Part shown: in pieces, positions 47,876-58,090 of the stretch
Position numbering within the stretch: the stretch's first letter is position 1
Layout: the number at the start of each line of letters is the position of its first letter
Source: a virus
Reading direction: 5' to 3' (one strand)
IMG/VR virus record: IMGVR_UViG_3300036800_000073
Span: 31,584 to 95,583 of that record
Length of the DNA stretch: 64,000 bases
The notes under the pieces: generated by a model
Database searches by the model: none
What the model was told of the DNA's origin: nothing
The model's input: the letters and a program-made list of their open reading frames with translations, nothing else
Program-made: the position numbers and the translations under genes

Positions 47876-48130
47876 GATAATAATTATTGAAGGAGAGCAG
47901 GGAAGGGCAGGGAAGAGATGGACCGTAGAAACTTTTTGAAAAGAGTCACCGGCGTTTGCGGAGAGCGCCGTGGTGCTGCACTGTGGCCTGTACTCGATGT
48001 ACTCGATAAACACGCACCATGGGAGCCCGTACTGGATAAACAAGACTGCGACGCAGATCCTTGAAGATGTCGGAAAGGCTGGAAGTAAAATGAAAGGGAG
48101 TTACATACTTAACTCCCTTAATGGGAAACC

Positions 48131-48448
48131 TCACGGTTTCTCTCCTCTTTCTTTCCAGATCGAGCTTCCTTCGCCGGTCTGAATCTTATCCCAAAGGAAC
48201 TGGAGTTCGGATGTTGACCAAGTATTCAAAAGTCGCCGATGGTTATGAACGGAGATGCTGCCGCCCATTTGCTGTCTCCACTGGACGATCTGGTCGATTA
48301 GGCGTTGCTTTGGGCTGGTCCGATCTGTTATCCCTTGGCGCTTTTGCTTCGGCTTATAGCTCAGAATCACGTCTGTTATCTGATTTAGAACAGCCGGAGC
48401 CTCGTTCGATACGTGGTTTTCCCAGAAGGCTAGATTTCGCTTTTTCAT
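48131..48448 (-). CDS. IS passenger gene (hypothetical)
   Basis: ATGA-coupled to the transposase end; inside the TIRs. Confidence 0.55.
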   Translation of the reverse strand: MKKRNLAFWENHVSNEAPAVLNQITDVILSYKPKQKRQGITDRTSPKQRLIDQIVQWRQQMGGSISVHNHRRLLNTWSTSELQFLWDKIQTGEGSSIWKERGEKP

Positions 48449-49362
48449 GCCGTCAACCTCGCGTAGGTCAGCCGTGTTCCATCAACAGCCTTAATGAACG
48501 AGTCCAACCTATCCAGCGTGTGACGCGCGACGTTGCCAGCATTGAGGCGAAAAGTAACTTCGTTCACATAGCGCCCGGTATGTTTGGCACTGATGTGGTG
48601 CCAAGTTCCGTAAACGCCGCGTTTCAGGAGCGCCCAGACGGATTCGATGCTGTTCGTGTGGACTCAACCGCGCTTATACTCGCCAGCGCCGTGGTTTACA
48701 GTCGCGTGATAGAAGAACAGACCATCCATGCCCTGATAACCGCTAGCCTCATCCGTCATAAGCTGAGAACCGACTTCAACCTGTTCAATGATGGCACCTT
48801 GCAGCGTCTCTTTGCTCGTGTTGTCGATGGGAAATGCCATGACCGGACCGCCACGTTGCTTAATGCCCATTACCGCCGTCTTTCCCACCGCGCCACGCCC
48901 CATGCGCAGTTTGTCACACTCATGTTTGTTGGCTTCCTTGCCGCCAATGAAGCACTCGTCCACTTCGATCAGTCCAGAGAACTTGTCCATCTTCCCGGCG
49001 CACGCCTCACGGAGCCGTTGCAGCATAAACCAAGCTGTCTTTTGGGTAACGCCGATCTCCTTTGCAAGCTGCATCGAACTGATTCCCTTTCGCGCAGTAA
49101 CGACAATGTACATGGCATAAATCCACTTGTGCAGCGGAACGTGCGACCGCTCAAAGATTGTCGCTGTACGAACCGTAAAGTCTACCTTGCACTGATTGCA
49201 GCGATAGAAACCGTCTTTGCGGGTTGTGATCCTCTTACGGGTCATGCAAGACGGGCAAGTTGCCCCATCTGGCCAGAGGCGAGATTCCAGATACAGACGC
49301 GCGGTTTCTGCGTCTGGAATCATCGCAAACAATTGAAAGGTGCTGATGGTCGATCTGCTCAT
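48445..49362 (-). pseudogene. IS1595 transposase interrupted by in-frame TGA at 48664-48666
   Basis: Zn ribbon CPSC/CNQC, EVDE, TDE; the frame continues after the TGA as VHTNSIESVWALLKRG...YVNE..FR.N. Confidence 0.9.
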
Positions 49363-49620
49363 TTAGCGCCCCTCCGCCAGCAATGCACGAGCCGCTGCGC
49401 CAGCTTCTCCGATACCGTCCTTAATCCGATTTGCGAACTCGCGGTAATCTGCCAGTTTGCTGAAGACAGCATCCGCACGCTTGAAATCCTCTCGCGTCCA
49501 CCCTTCATAGTCGCCTTCACCGTGACCGTCTTCATTCATCTCGGCAAGCTCTCCGTTTGCTTCGGCGATATTGCACATGGTGCAAATGAGTTCCTTTTCT
49601 TTCTTGGTAAGTCTGGCCAT
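49363..49620 (-). CDS. IS passenger gene (hypothetical)
   Basis: GGAGG RBS; inside the TIRs, abutting the transposase start. Confidence 0.55.
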   Translation of the reverse strand: MARLTKKEKELICTMCNIAEANGELAEMNEDGHGEGDYEGWTREDFKRADAVFSKLADYREFANRIKDGIGEAGAAARALLAEGR

Positions 49621-49686
49621 TTGCTTATCCTCCATGTATCTAATAATACTTCATTCCCTCGTGGGAGTAAAGTATATAAATCCCAA

Positions 49687-49923
49687 ATGAAAGTACAAGC
49701 GCGCGGATTCGTGACCAAGAAATCTTGGGGGGATTACGGGCCGCTATTGACGCGGTACGTTGTATCTATCGTTCACGAGGTGTCGCCAGAAGGAGTCAAA
49801 GCATCCATTTCGGGAGAGGTTCCTTTGATTGTCGATCAAGGATCAGATGTGGACAAGGCTCTCAGCGATGCTCTAACAGACGGAGTTTTGGTCAATGTTG
49901 TAGTGGAAATCGGAGAGAAGTAA
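49687..49923 (+). CDS. hypothetical protein whose start codon lies in the IS target site
   Basis: ATG within the duplicated AAATGAAA. Confidence 0.5.
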   Translation: MKVQARGFVTKKSWGDYGPLLTRYVVSIVHEVSPEGVKASISGEVPLIVDQGSDVDKALSDALTDGVLVNVVVEIGEK

Positions 49924-50131
49924 GGAAATTTAATGACGACGATCTGCAAACACTGCAACGTGGAGGGCGTCCAAGTTGCGACATGTGAAAGTTATCGCGC
50001 TCCCGAGCAGGCCACAGCGGGGAATTAAGCACGTAATTCCTTTTTAATGACCGCGCTCGATACTGCGGCGTGGAGCCCGTCGTCGCGCTTTAGTTAACAG
50101 AATGTTTCTTATCAGACATGGGAAAAGAGGA

Positions 50132-50755
50132 ATGACTATGATCTTTGGCATCAGCAAATCCACCATTGAAGGATTGCTGGCAGCTCTGCTCGCGCTGGCG
50201 GGACCGGCTACGGCACTGCTTATCGCCCTGCAAGCAATCAATCCACACCCGAATTACACCCTTTCGATTATAGGGATTGTGTTGACCTTCCTATTCGCAG
50301 TGCTTCGTGCGTGGGCGGGGTTGATTCAGAACGATGCGACCGCACCCGTCTCCAGCACCGCCAACAAATCCAGTATCCCGCCAGTGGTAGGGTTGCTCCT
50401 GCTCTTTGCGCTGATACCGGTCCTGATGGGCTGCAAGACGCAGCAACCGCCGCCAGCGTGGGCCGCGACTGCTCCAGCGCTGACTCTGCCCGGCGAGCTG
50501 ATAGCGGGGGCGAACTTCGCCGTGGTGGGCTATGAGAAAGACGCAGCCGCTGGCGTGGCCTATACGAAGGATGCCGCGTTGAAGGCGGTGATCTCGGATA
50601 TCCAGAAGGCGCTGGTGGTCGCGCAGCCCGCGTTCAATACGTGGGAAGCTGCGGCGAAGACCAATCCATCCGCTCTTGAGCCAGCCGATCTATCGGCTGC
50701 GCTGCTCACCATCCAGGCCGATATCGGCAAGCTCCCCGCTCAACTTCAAAAATGA
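50132..50755 (+). CDS. holin-like membrane protein with internal lipoprotein signal (LMGC)
   Basis: Two hydrophobic helices, then VVGLLLLFALIPVLMGC; upstream of the endolysin candidate. Confidence 0.55.
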   Translation: MTMIFGISKSTIEGLLAALLALAGPATALLIALQAINPHPNYTLSIIGIVLTFLFAVLRAWAGLIQNDATAPVSSTANKSSIPPVVGLLLLFALIPVLMGCKTQQPPPAWAATAPALTLPGELIAGANFAVVGYEKDAAAGVAYTKDAALKAVISDIQKALVVAQPAFNTWEAAAKTNPSALEPADLSAALLTIQADIGKLPAQLQK

Positions 50756-50807
50756 CGGGCCGACAAACCAGATAAGCTGACTCGCAGCTACCAAAAGGAA
50801 AAAAGCA

Positions 50808-51149
50808 ATGCTCACCATCATTCTCACCGTTCTGTCCGGCCTCGGATCGTATTTGGCCCCTTTCATCGGGTCCAACTTTGGCGCACTGATTAACGCCACA
50901 GTCGCCGTCATCGCCAAACTCGCCGCCACCTTTGCATCGGGCGGCTCCATCTCAGCGGAGGCATCTGCTGTCATCGCCGCGCTCCAGCAAGAGGCCAAGG
51001 CGGTGGCTTCCGATACCAGCGCCAGTCCAGCGCAAGCCGCCGCAGCGCAGGGAATCCTTGCCCTGTGCGGTTACTTCCTTGCCGGCGTCGAAGCGGCGCA
51101 GAACGGCCAAGATCCGTCTTCGCTGCCGGTGCCGCCTCCGGTCGTATAA
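50808..51149 (+). CDS. hydrophobic Ala-rich protein (lysis-associated?)
   Basis: AAGGA RBS; hydrophobic/amphipathic helices. Confidence 0.5.
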   Translation: MLTIILTVLSGLGSYLAPFIGSNFGALINATVAVIAKLAATFASGGSISAEASAVIAALQQEAKAVASDTSASPAQAAAAQGILALCGYFLAGVEAAQNGQDPSSLPVPPPVV

Positions 51150-51182
51150 CGCCAGCGCAATTCAACCGATACACAGGTGTCC

Positions 51183-51587
51183 ATGAAATTTATTGAGGCT
51201 ATCGCGTGGCATGAGGGCTTCTACGTCAAGGGATCGCGGGCGCAGAGAAACAATAACCCCGGCAATATCGAATGGGGCCCGTTCGCACGGGCTCACGGTG
51301 CGACCTCCATCGAGATCCCGCATGGCAAGGAAAAGCCCCGCTTCGCTTACTTCCCCGTGGGATGCGGCTTCTCGGCCATGAGCGCGCTGCTGTGCGGTGA
51401 GTATCTGGGGCTCACGATTGGAGAAGCTATCACGAAGTGGGCACCGCCAAGCGAAAATGACACGGCGGAGTACATCAACGACGTATGTGCGAAGACCGGT
51501 CTACCTTCTACGACCGTACTTACGGCCGCTTTAATCAACATGCAACCTGATAGTGAAGGGCTTTCCCATGGCAACGATACAGAATGA
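51183..51587 (+). CDS. lysozyme-like endolysin candidate
   Basis: EG....S...RNNNPGNI, F..F, I.KWAPPSENDT..Y. Confidence 0.7.
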   Translation: MKFIEAIAWHEGFYVKGSRAQRNNNPGNIEWGPFARAHGATSIEIPHGKEKPRFAYFPVGCGFSAMSALLCGEYLGLTIGEAITKWAPPSENDTAEYINDVCAKTGLPSTTVLTAALINMQPDSEGLSHGNDTE

Positions 51588-52275
51588 ATCGGTACTCACA
51601 AACCTCGAAAGAGAAACTACGTGGAGCGAAAAGGCTGGACCAGAATATAACAATCCCCCATCGACGACCTTTTGGACCAAGCTGCTCAAGAACGGTATTC
51701 GCGAGTTCGGTCATGTCGCCCCGGCAGGCGGCGGCTGGCTCTCCGGGTTGAATGACCTTGCCATCCCTGCGGGCTTCGTAAGGGGCAATGTAATCCATAA
51801 GGCACGGATGCTGTTCGATGCGTCGATTATGGACTGGACGACCGGAAGCCGCATTGTGTGCGAATTCGACAATCGCGTAGCGGATGGCAAGGGCAACAAC
51901 TTCAATTTCTCAAACCAGATCAATTTGTCGAACGGGTCGTTCTGGCAGGTTGACCCGCAGACTGGCAAGTGGACGAATTCGGTCCAGATCGCTCCCTTGG
52001 CTCCGCTGACCTGGTATGACCTGGAGTTTACAAACTTCCTCGATTTGGCGGCGCTCAAGCTGTCGTTCCTATCGCTGAAAGTCAGACCAGACGGCGATGG
52101 CAACGGAGTCACCTATGTGGCCCCGGCTGTATTGGGCAAGCTGACGCCAATGAAGGATGCCGCGGGCCACGCGTGGGCGCGGGGAGCAAACCTGCAAGTC
52201 CAGCAATGCCGTCAAACGGCGGGCGTGGCGCTCTTATACGCCTACGATATCGGCATGGTGTGGCAGGCTCAATAA
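51568..52275 (+). CDS. hypothetical beta-rich protein
   Basis: Clean ORF, last of the rightward block. Confidence 0.5.
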   Translation: MATIQNESVLTNLERETTWSEKAGPEYNNPPSTTFWTKLLKNGIREFGHVAPAGGGWLSGLNDLAIPAGFVRGNVIHKARMLFDASIMDWTTGSRIVCEFDNRVADGKGNNFNFSNQINLSNGSFWQVDPQTGKWTNSVQIAPLAPLTWYDLEFTNFLDLAALKLSFLSLKVRPDGDGNGVTYVAPAVLGKLTPMKDAAGHAWARGANLQVQQCRQTAGVALLYAYDIGMVWQAQ

Positions 52276-52953
52276 TTATTCTTTGGGAGAGGCGAGCTGG
52301 TAGGTGCCTCGACCGATTCGTACAATCTCTCCCTTGGCTCTTAGGTAAGATAGCGCTGGTGGGAGACTGGTTCGCGCCGATGCTTGCTTCTCGGGAGAAG
52401 CGGCATCGGCTATTTCTTTTGCTGTAAAGGACTGGCCGGGATGGGAATGGAAGACCTTGCGTGCATCCGCATAAGTGAACGTCGCTCCGTTGGAATAGGC
52501 GACGCGAGATGTGTGTTTCGCGGTCGATGGCTTGAGCCACTGTGGAGCGATCTTGCTGCTGTTGTCCACCACCAACTGACATGCGGCCAAGGTGTCGTCG
52601 ATCTGCTGCAGAGCCGCCAGATCGAGGGCTCGCTGCGCGTTCACGCCATCCAGTTCGGCGGTCAACGCGTTAGCGCGCGCCTGGGAGTTTTCGAGCGAAC
52701 AGGAGAGCAGTGTACGTGAGCTTCGCAATGAGTCCACGATGGAGGCTACGTGCTGGCTAAATGGTCCGCTGGACGGCCAGGTTTTAGAGTCGCGGCTTTC
52801 CGGGGCCGGTGTGGGCGACTTAATCTCGGCGCGGATCGTCGGAAGCGGAGGAGCCTCCTCAGGCGCGGAGTTGTGAGGCTGAAAGGCAGAGGATACGGCA
52901 ACAAAGCGGTCAATATCGACTTTCGTCTGACCGTTGGATGTTGAGACTGGCAT
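52276..52953 (-). CDS. hypothetical protein with coiled coil and C-terminal winged HTH
   Basis: FTAKEIAD...ALSYL..KGEIVRIGRGTY. Confidence 0.55.
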   Translation of the reverse strand: MPVSTSNGQTKVDIDRFVAVSSAFQPHNSAPEEAPPLPTIRAEIKSPTPAPESRDSKTWPSSGPFSQHVASIVDSLRSSRTLLSCSLENSQARANALTAELDGVNAQRALDLAALQQIDDTLAACQLVVDNSSKIAPQWLKPSTAKHTSRVAYSNGATFTYADARKVFHSHPGQSFTAKEIADAASPEKQASARTSLPPALSYLRAKGEIVRIGRGTYQLASPKE

Positions 52954-52967
52954 GGTTCTGTTCTCCT

Positions 52968-55418
52968 TTAATCGGCGTGTTTCCGGTTGGGATGCTCTCT
53001 CATGCGCAGCGCATCTTCAAGGGCATCGCGCAGTTTAGGAGCAGGCGCGGTTTCGATGTTGAGTTTTATCCACTCGGCTATCGTGGCCGGCCCGGTGAGA
53101 TCCTGGGCTACCAGGGTAAAAGTCTGCTGGCCTCTTGTTCTGGCCTTTTCAAAACAGGCTGTATCGTCGTCTTCGCTTATTGCTGACATATTCTCTCCTG
53201 TGGATGGACTTCGTTGCGGCGGCATCTCCGCCGATGGTTTCTGGCAACATGAGCCACTAAAGCGGATCGATCCCAATGTCCAATGCGGCGTTGAGCCATG
53301 CAGAGATCTTATCTGAGGAATCCAAGGTGTTTACTACTTCGCGCAGAAAATCTAGCTTCGCGCTCGGCCCAAGCCAGCACGGAGCATTGATCCATTGCGC
53401 GAGATATTGGCGCAGCAGTGCAATATCGGAACCGGTAAGTGGCGCGCCGCTGTGCCGGCGATCGAGATAGGCTTTGACGGCGAGCGCTAGCATTCCGGTC
53501 TGCTCGTACTTCCAATAGAATGGCTCGTGAGGCATCTTGCTACTTCTTCTCTTTTCGTTCCATGAAATCCAGCGCCTGGGCTTGCTGCGCCGCCAATTTG
53601 CGGCCCACCTGAATTCCCCAATAGAAGTATTTCAAGGGTGAAAGGAAAGCAACCAGGTTAGCAAAGATAATATCTTTGTCGATCACCCGCCCATGCATGG
53701 CGTCGCCAACCGCTCGACTTCCTAGAGTCGTAAGCAACAATCCTTGAAGCAGATCGCTATTCACCGATGGTCGATGACGATAGCCTCCACGATCTCTCGG
53801 AAATCGTCTCCTACCAGCAGGCCGAAGTTGCGCGCGGTGAACTCCTCACTGTTTTTAATTTCCGCTGTGAGAAGGCTCGCTATTTGTGAGTCGTGCGGCA
53901 TGTTATTCTCCCCTTGGCATGAAGCTGAATTGTTTTACGGAGACTCCCATTAAATCGCTTGGGATGGATGTCTCCTTGTCGATCCAACGGCTGATCAGGC
54001 GAATGCTGCGCGGGTCTTGTGCATAGATGCAGCCGACCATCTGCCGTCCGATCCAGATTTCTACCATGGTCCGGCCCGTGACATCATGTTTGCCCAGCCT
54101 GAAATCGACCTTTTCTTCTTCAGTCATTGGACTCCATCGCTGTTGTTGTTATCCGGATCAGATCTTTTTCGACAAGCCATTCGAGCGTCTTCTCCGGATC
54201 GTCGTTCGGTGGATAGAAACATACGATGGGATCGGTCACTTCGTCGGTAAACTTGGCAGTGCCTAACATCATTGTCTGGCGAAGGCCGTCGCGCAGCCTC
54301 TCCATCTCCGCCTGCTGATCGGTTGTTTCGCCAGGTGCTTCGATACAATGAAGGCTCGCCAAAAGGCTTCGCCCGCCGTGGACGATAATCGAGAAGCCAA
54401 GCGATCATCCAGCACCATCAGGCATAGCAGCTTTTCTTTCGGCAAAGTGAACCCTACATTCATAATCATTACTCCTTATATCTGCACACATACGGCCGGA
54501 TTGTCGAGAGTGCCGCCGACTTCTAAAAAGAGGCACGATTCCCTGCCGCGCAGCCGCGCTTTCTCGCCTCGCGTCTGGCTCTCGGTCACCGCGGCCTTAA
54601 CCTTTTCCAGCGTCTCCGCCGAGCGCCACATCAGCGCCCGAATCAGGGCGTCCGGTAGCTGATCCTTCACATCTTTCTCCACCAGGTCGGCGATCTCTTT
54701 GGCCAGGTCCGCCTTGAGCTGCTTGATGTCTTCGTCGGGAGCTTTGGAGATAACCATCTCGATCCATATCTCGTAGCCGCGCCAGACCAGGAACGGTACG
54801 GCTGGATCGTCTTTGAGAGCGGCGAGCAACTTGGGATAAAAGTCGCGGATTTGCTTGATGGGAGCCGACAGGATGGGAGTAAGGCACTCATCGACTGCGG
54901 CCTCGTAGCGGTCGGCTTCGTCTTTGTCGTGCGCGGTCGCAAGACCGACGATCACCGTGCGCCAATGTTGAACTACTGCATCCACATTCATAAGGCTCCG
55001 TTTGGTATGCCCCATGTAGCCAAGCTCCAGCCCATAGTAAATGAGGCTTCCCAGAGTATCGAGCGTCTTCGCCGCCTTCCCGATGATCAGGTAGAACCCC
55101 ATCGGGATGTGATACGAATTCAGGATCGTCGTTCGAATGCCTTCCTTCGCTTCGTCCTCACAGAACTTTGCCAGCCGCTCCATTGCCGTTTCCGGATTTG
55201 CCGATTCGCTCATAAGTAGTCTTGCGCCTCCGCAGGGCGAGTATAGCGAGCACGCAGGGCCGAATCGCGCCGTTCGGTTTGCGTGCCCGGACAATAGGCT
55301 CCGCGTTGATGGAGTAAGCGCGGGCCAGCGCGTTGATGCCACCCGCCAATGCGATAGCGTTCTCCAACTCTATCCGCACCTGATCCTCGCTCAGAATCTC
55401 ATGATCGCGCTTAGGCAT
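52968..55418 (-). other. cluster of small leftward hypothetical genes (e.g. 52968-53189, 53257-53535, 53903-54127, 54476-55213, HTH-like 55158-55418)
   Basis: Tightly packed co-oriented ORFs with RBSs; some apparent frame breaks. Confidence 0.5.
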
Positions 55419-56685
55419 TGATATCGTAAGCCTCGACTTGCGGAATGCTGATGACGCCGCCCATGTTGCTCACATGCCCGGAAATGGCTTTCTCGTCCAA
55501 TACCCAATACTCGTCCGGTATCTCGCCGGGATTGCGCAGCGCCGTCCTGCGGATCGGTGTGAGTGCGGCCACATCGGGATTATGGAAGTGCCGGCCCGGA
55601 ATCCTCCAGCGCCAAAGCGGAGGCTTTCTGCGCAGCCCGGTAACCTTCAAGTCGGGCTTGGCGACCACTGCCGGAGGAATGTAAATCGGCCCAACCTCGA
55701 CCGGCGCTGCGGCGATCCGCGCAGCGTCAGCGAGGTCGCTATTGGCCCGCGCGATATCCATCGTCGCCTCAGCAACGATTGAGGCGGCTACAGAGGCTCC
55801 CCCTGCCCCGAACAGGCTATCGGTTGAGGTTTCCATGCTAGGGGCCTCCTGCGCCGCTGTGAGGGCCGTTTGAGCTTCCCGCAGACGCTGTTGTGCGGCC
55901 TCCTCTAACTCGCGGGATTCCTTGGCCTGCTCTTGGCGGCGCGTTTCGGCGGCTTCCTCGGCCTGCCGTCTGGCGCGAACTTCGTTTTCGCGGCGCTGGC
56001 GAATTTCTTCCTCGCGTATACGGGCATCCTCGGCTCGCCTGAAGGCTTGCAGGGCCGCTTCCAACCGCTTCTCGGCTTCGTCGTATTTTGCCAGGACTTC
56101 ATTGCGCCAGGCGTCATAGATCCGTTTCAGGTCCACCATGGGGCGGGCGATGGTGTCGAGAGCTTTGTTGACGGCAATGCGTTCCGTGCGGATCACCACT
56201 AGCGCGGACCCGAGTGCCTTGTATGCATCGGCGCTGCTCACGAGCAGCGAATGCGGTACAGATGCGGCGATGGCAGAGGCCCGCTCTTTCACCACCTGGT
56301 TGAATGGCTTTTGCCCTTCCGCAACTTCGGGAGCCAGAATTTCCGGCATGACCACCAGCGGTAACTCCGGCAATTCGGCCAAGGCGCGGATTGGCTCCGG
56401 CACCAGGTTGTCAGATGGCTTCGGATCGGAATCTACTGCCTCAAAATAGCGGAAGGGATGGCGCTCCGGCTTCTCAATGATTGCGTGATAGAGCCAGGAG
56501 CCTTTGCTGCTCGCTTCTTCGCCATCTTCGAACGTCTCTGGCGCGATGCGGCCGTAAATGATAATGGAGCCGGAAGGGTGCTTCTTCGAAGGCGGATACT
56601 TGACCCACAGCTCGCACTTCGGCGCATCGTAGTACCAGGATTGGAACCGGCTGCTTTCGACCGGGATCATTTCAGGCGTGGCCAT
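55411..56685 (-). CDS. KTSC-domain + coiled-coil protein
   Basis: PVESS...YD....L.V.Y....Y..I....F.....A.SKG.W (KTSC), followed by a long charged helix. Confidence 0.65.
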   Translation of the reverse strand: MATPEMIPVESSRFQSWYYDAPKCELWVKYPPSKKHPSGSIIIYGRIAPETFEDGEEASSKGSWLYHAIIEKPERHPFRYFEAVDSDPKPSDNLVPEPIRALAELPELPLVVMPEILAPEVAEGQKPFNQVVKERASAIAASVPHSLLVSSADAYKALGSALVVIRTERIAVNKALDTIARPMVDLKRIYDAWRNEVLAKYDEAEKRLEAALQAFRRAEDARIREEEIRQRRENEVRARRQAEEAAETRRQEQAKESRELEEAAQQRLREAQTALTAAQEAPSMETSTDSLFGAGGASVAASIVAEATMDIARANSDLADAARIAAAPVEVGPIYIPPAVVAKPDLKVTGLRRKPPLWRWRIPGRHFHNPDVAALTPIRRTALRNPGEIPDEYWVLDEKAISGHVSNMGGVISIPQVEAYDINA

Positions 56686-57310
56686 TACTCCCCCTCATGT
56701 TGTTGTTCTGTTTCCAGGCTTCCAAGGCGACGATGCTCATGAAGGTATCGCCGTCCGATTCTTCTGTGTACCAATGCAACCGATGCCGACCATCCGGAAA
56801 GAGCTGGCAACTGCACCGTTCCGTATTTCCGATATGCAGCTTGCGAAACTCCATCATGGTATAGGCGGCGGTCTGCACCGCCCAGGCCGGCATTTTCATA
56901 GCGCAGAATTTAAGATCGAGCACCAAGTCGCGCGTTCGCTTCACGCGCATAACCCGGTCAGGCGTTCCGCCAATGGTAAGGCCCATGATCTCGGTCATAA
57001 GGCGGCGCTCGATCTGGATCAGTTCATACCCGGACTGACGGCGGAAGTTGATCCATGCCTCAGCGTATCCGATAGCGTGCTCCGGCAGCACCAGCATATC
57101 GTCGTTGCCGTCGCGGTCGTAGCGTTCCGTCCAGGCGTGCAGCGCGGAGCCAAGCTGTCGCTTCCGTTCGAGCACATCCGGATTTACCATCGAATAGTCG
57201 ATTAAGCCATACTTCTTGAGCAGCCCGGTTACGCTTGGATGACTGCGGCCTTGGACGATGTACTTATGGCCGTCCTCCTCGAAGTTGAATGCGTCGATGG
57301 ACTCGATCAC
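56672..57310 (-). CDS. PD-(D/E)XK exonuclease
   Basis: H.Y...PSVT, G.ALH, E, GTPD, DLK, Q.AAY. Confidence 0.8.
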   Translation of the reverse strand: MIESIDAFNFEEDGHKYIVQGRSHPSVTGLLKKYGLIDYSMVNPDVLERKRQLGSALHAWTERYDRDGNDDMLVLPEHAIGYAEAWINFRRQSGYELIQIERRLMTEIMGLTIGGTPDRVMRVKRTRDLVLDLKFCAMKMPAWAVQTAAYTMMEFRKLHIGNTERCSCQLFPDGRHRLHWYTEESDGDTFMSIVALEAWKQNNNMRGSNGHA

Positions 57311-57750
57311 GGTTCGCGCCTTTCCAATGCTGCCGTTGAGCGTATCTTGCGAGCGGTGATGGCAATGATGAGTTCGATGTTGCCCAAGTCCGCAAACTCA
57401 GGTGCGATTTCGGCGAGCAGAAGCGCGATGATGGTGCGGATCTTCGTTGCATTCCAAAAGGTGTCTGGATTAAGCGGATATAGTTGTTTCAAGCCCTTGG
57501 CATGAAACACCAGCCTGTCTCCGGCGTCGGTGATCCGTACTTCGAGCCCTTGGCGCAGGGCGCGGGTCGCGTCGTCTCTGGCCGCTTCGCGGGTCAGCCA
57601 GAGATGGGATTCGCCGAGATTGGCTGGCATCGGCTTGCGGGCGAAATACCTTCCGCCGCGATGGTACCCGCCGCGGTCGAAGACGTACAAGCGCCATGGC
57701 CCGTCGCCGGGTGGCGCGTATTGCATGGTACGGAGGATGTGAGTGCCCAT
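57307..57750 (-). CDS. hypothetical protein
   Basis: Coupled ORF. Confidence 0.5.
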   Translation of the reverse strand: MGTHILRTMQYAPPGDGPWRLYVFDRGGYHRGGRYFARKPMPANLGESHLWLTREAARDDATRALRQGLEVRITDAGDRLVFHAKGLKQLYPLNPDTFWNATKIRTIIALLLAEIAPEFADLGNIELIIAITARKIRSTAALERREP

Positions 57751-57757
57751 GGTTGTT

Positions 57758-58090
57758 TTACCTGTCCTGGTTCATACATGGGATGGAGTCGAGCAGGATC
57801 GTCTCCCACTGGTGGTTTTTCAGCCAAGGCAGTTCCGAGTTGATGGCCAGGTTGACGGCTGAAAGCACGGCATCGGTTCCAACATGGTTGGGGCAGTACA
57901 ACTCCACCACCACCACGGCATCGCCAAACACCCGGCATGGTCCTGCGTCGATCCAGTTGCGATTGGTGCTGCCTTCGGGCTGTGCTGCCCGCAGCAATAT
58001 GGCGGCTCTCACGCCGATGTAATCGAGCGGGCCATGCGGCGCTTCCTGCGCCGCATGGAGCAGGCGGACCATGAGGATATGAGCGTTCAT
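57758..58090 (-). CDS. hypothetical protein
   Basis: Coupled ORF. Confidence 0.5.
   Translation of the reverse strand: MNAHILMVRLLHAAQEAPHGPLDYIGVRAAILLRAAQPEGSTNRNWIDAGPCRVFGDAVVVVELYCPNHVGTDAVLSAVNLAINSELPWLKNHQWETILLDSIPCMNQDR

Larger units (their letters stand above)
48096..49684 (-). mobile_element. IS1595-family element with passenger genes
   Basis: 22-bp terminal inverted repeats (48096-48117 and 49663-49684, 19/22 identical) flanked by an 8-bp target duplication AAATGAAA. Confidence 0.9.

Noticed and set aside
47918-48064. Short ORF starting MDRRNFLK (Tat-like motif)
   Set aside because: No hydrophobic region follows the twin-arginine motif and the ORF is only 48 aa. It may be a remnant and cannot be supported as a Tat substrate.
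48664-48666. TGA recoding (selenocysteine or alternative genetic code)
   Set aside because: TGA is used as a normal stop throughout the genome, and this position is not a Cys or Trp site. A nonsense mutation or sequencing error is simpler.
48121-49923. 600-aa plus-strand ORF
   Set aside because: It is the antisense shadow of the IS1595 element and crosses the IS boundary. Only the last 78 codons (from ATG 49687) look like a real gene.
56672-57310. Cas4 / CRISPR adaptation gene
   Set aside because: It lacks the four-Cys Fe-S cluster pattern and sits by RecT, consistent with a recombination exonuclease.
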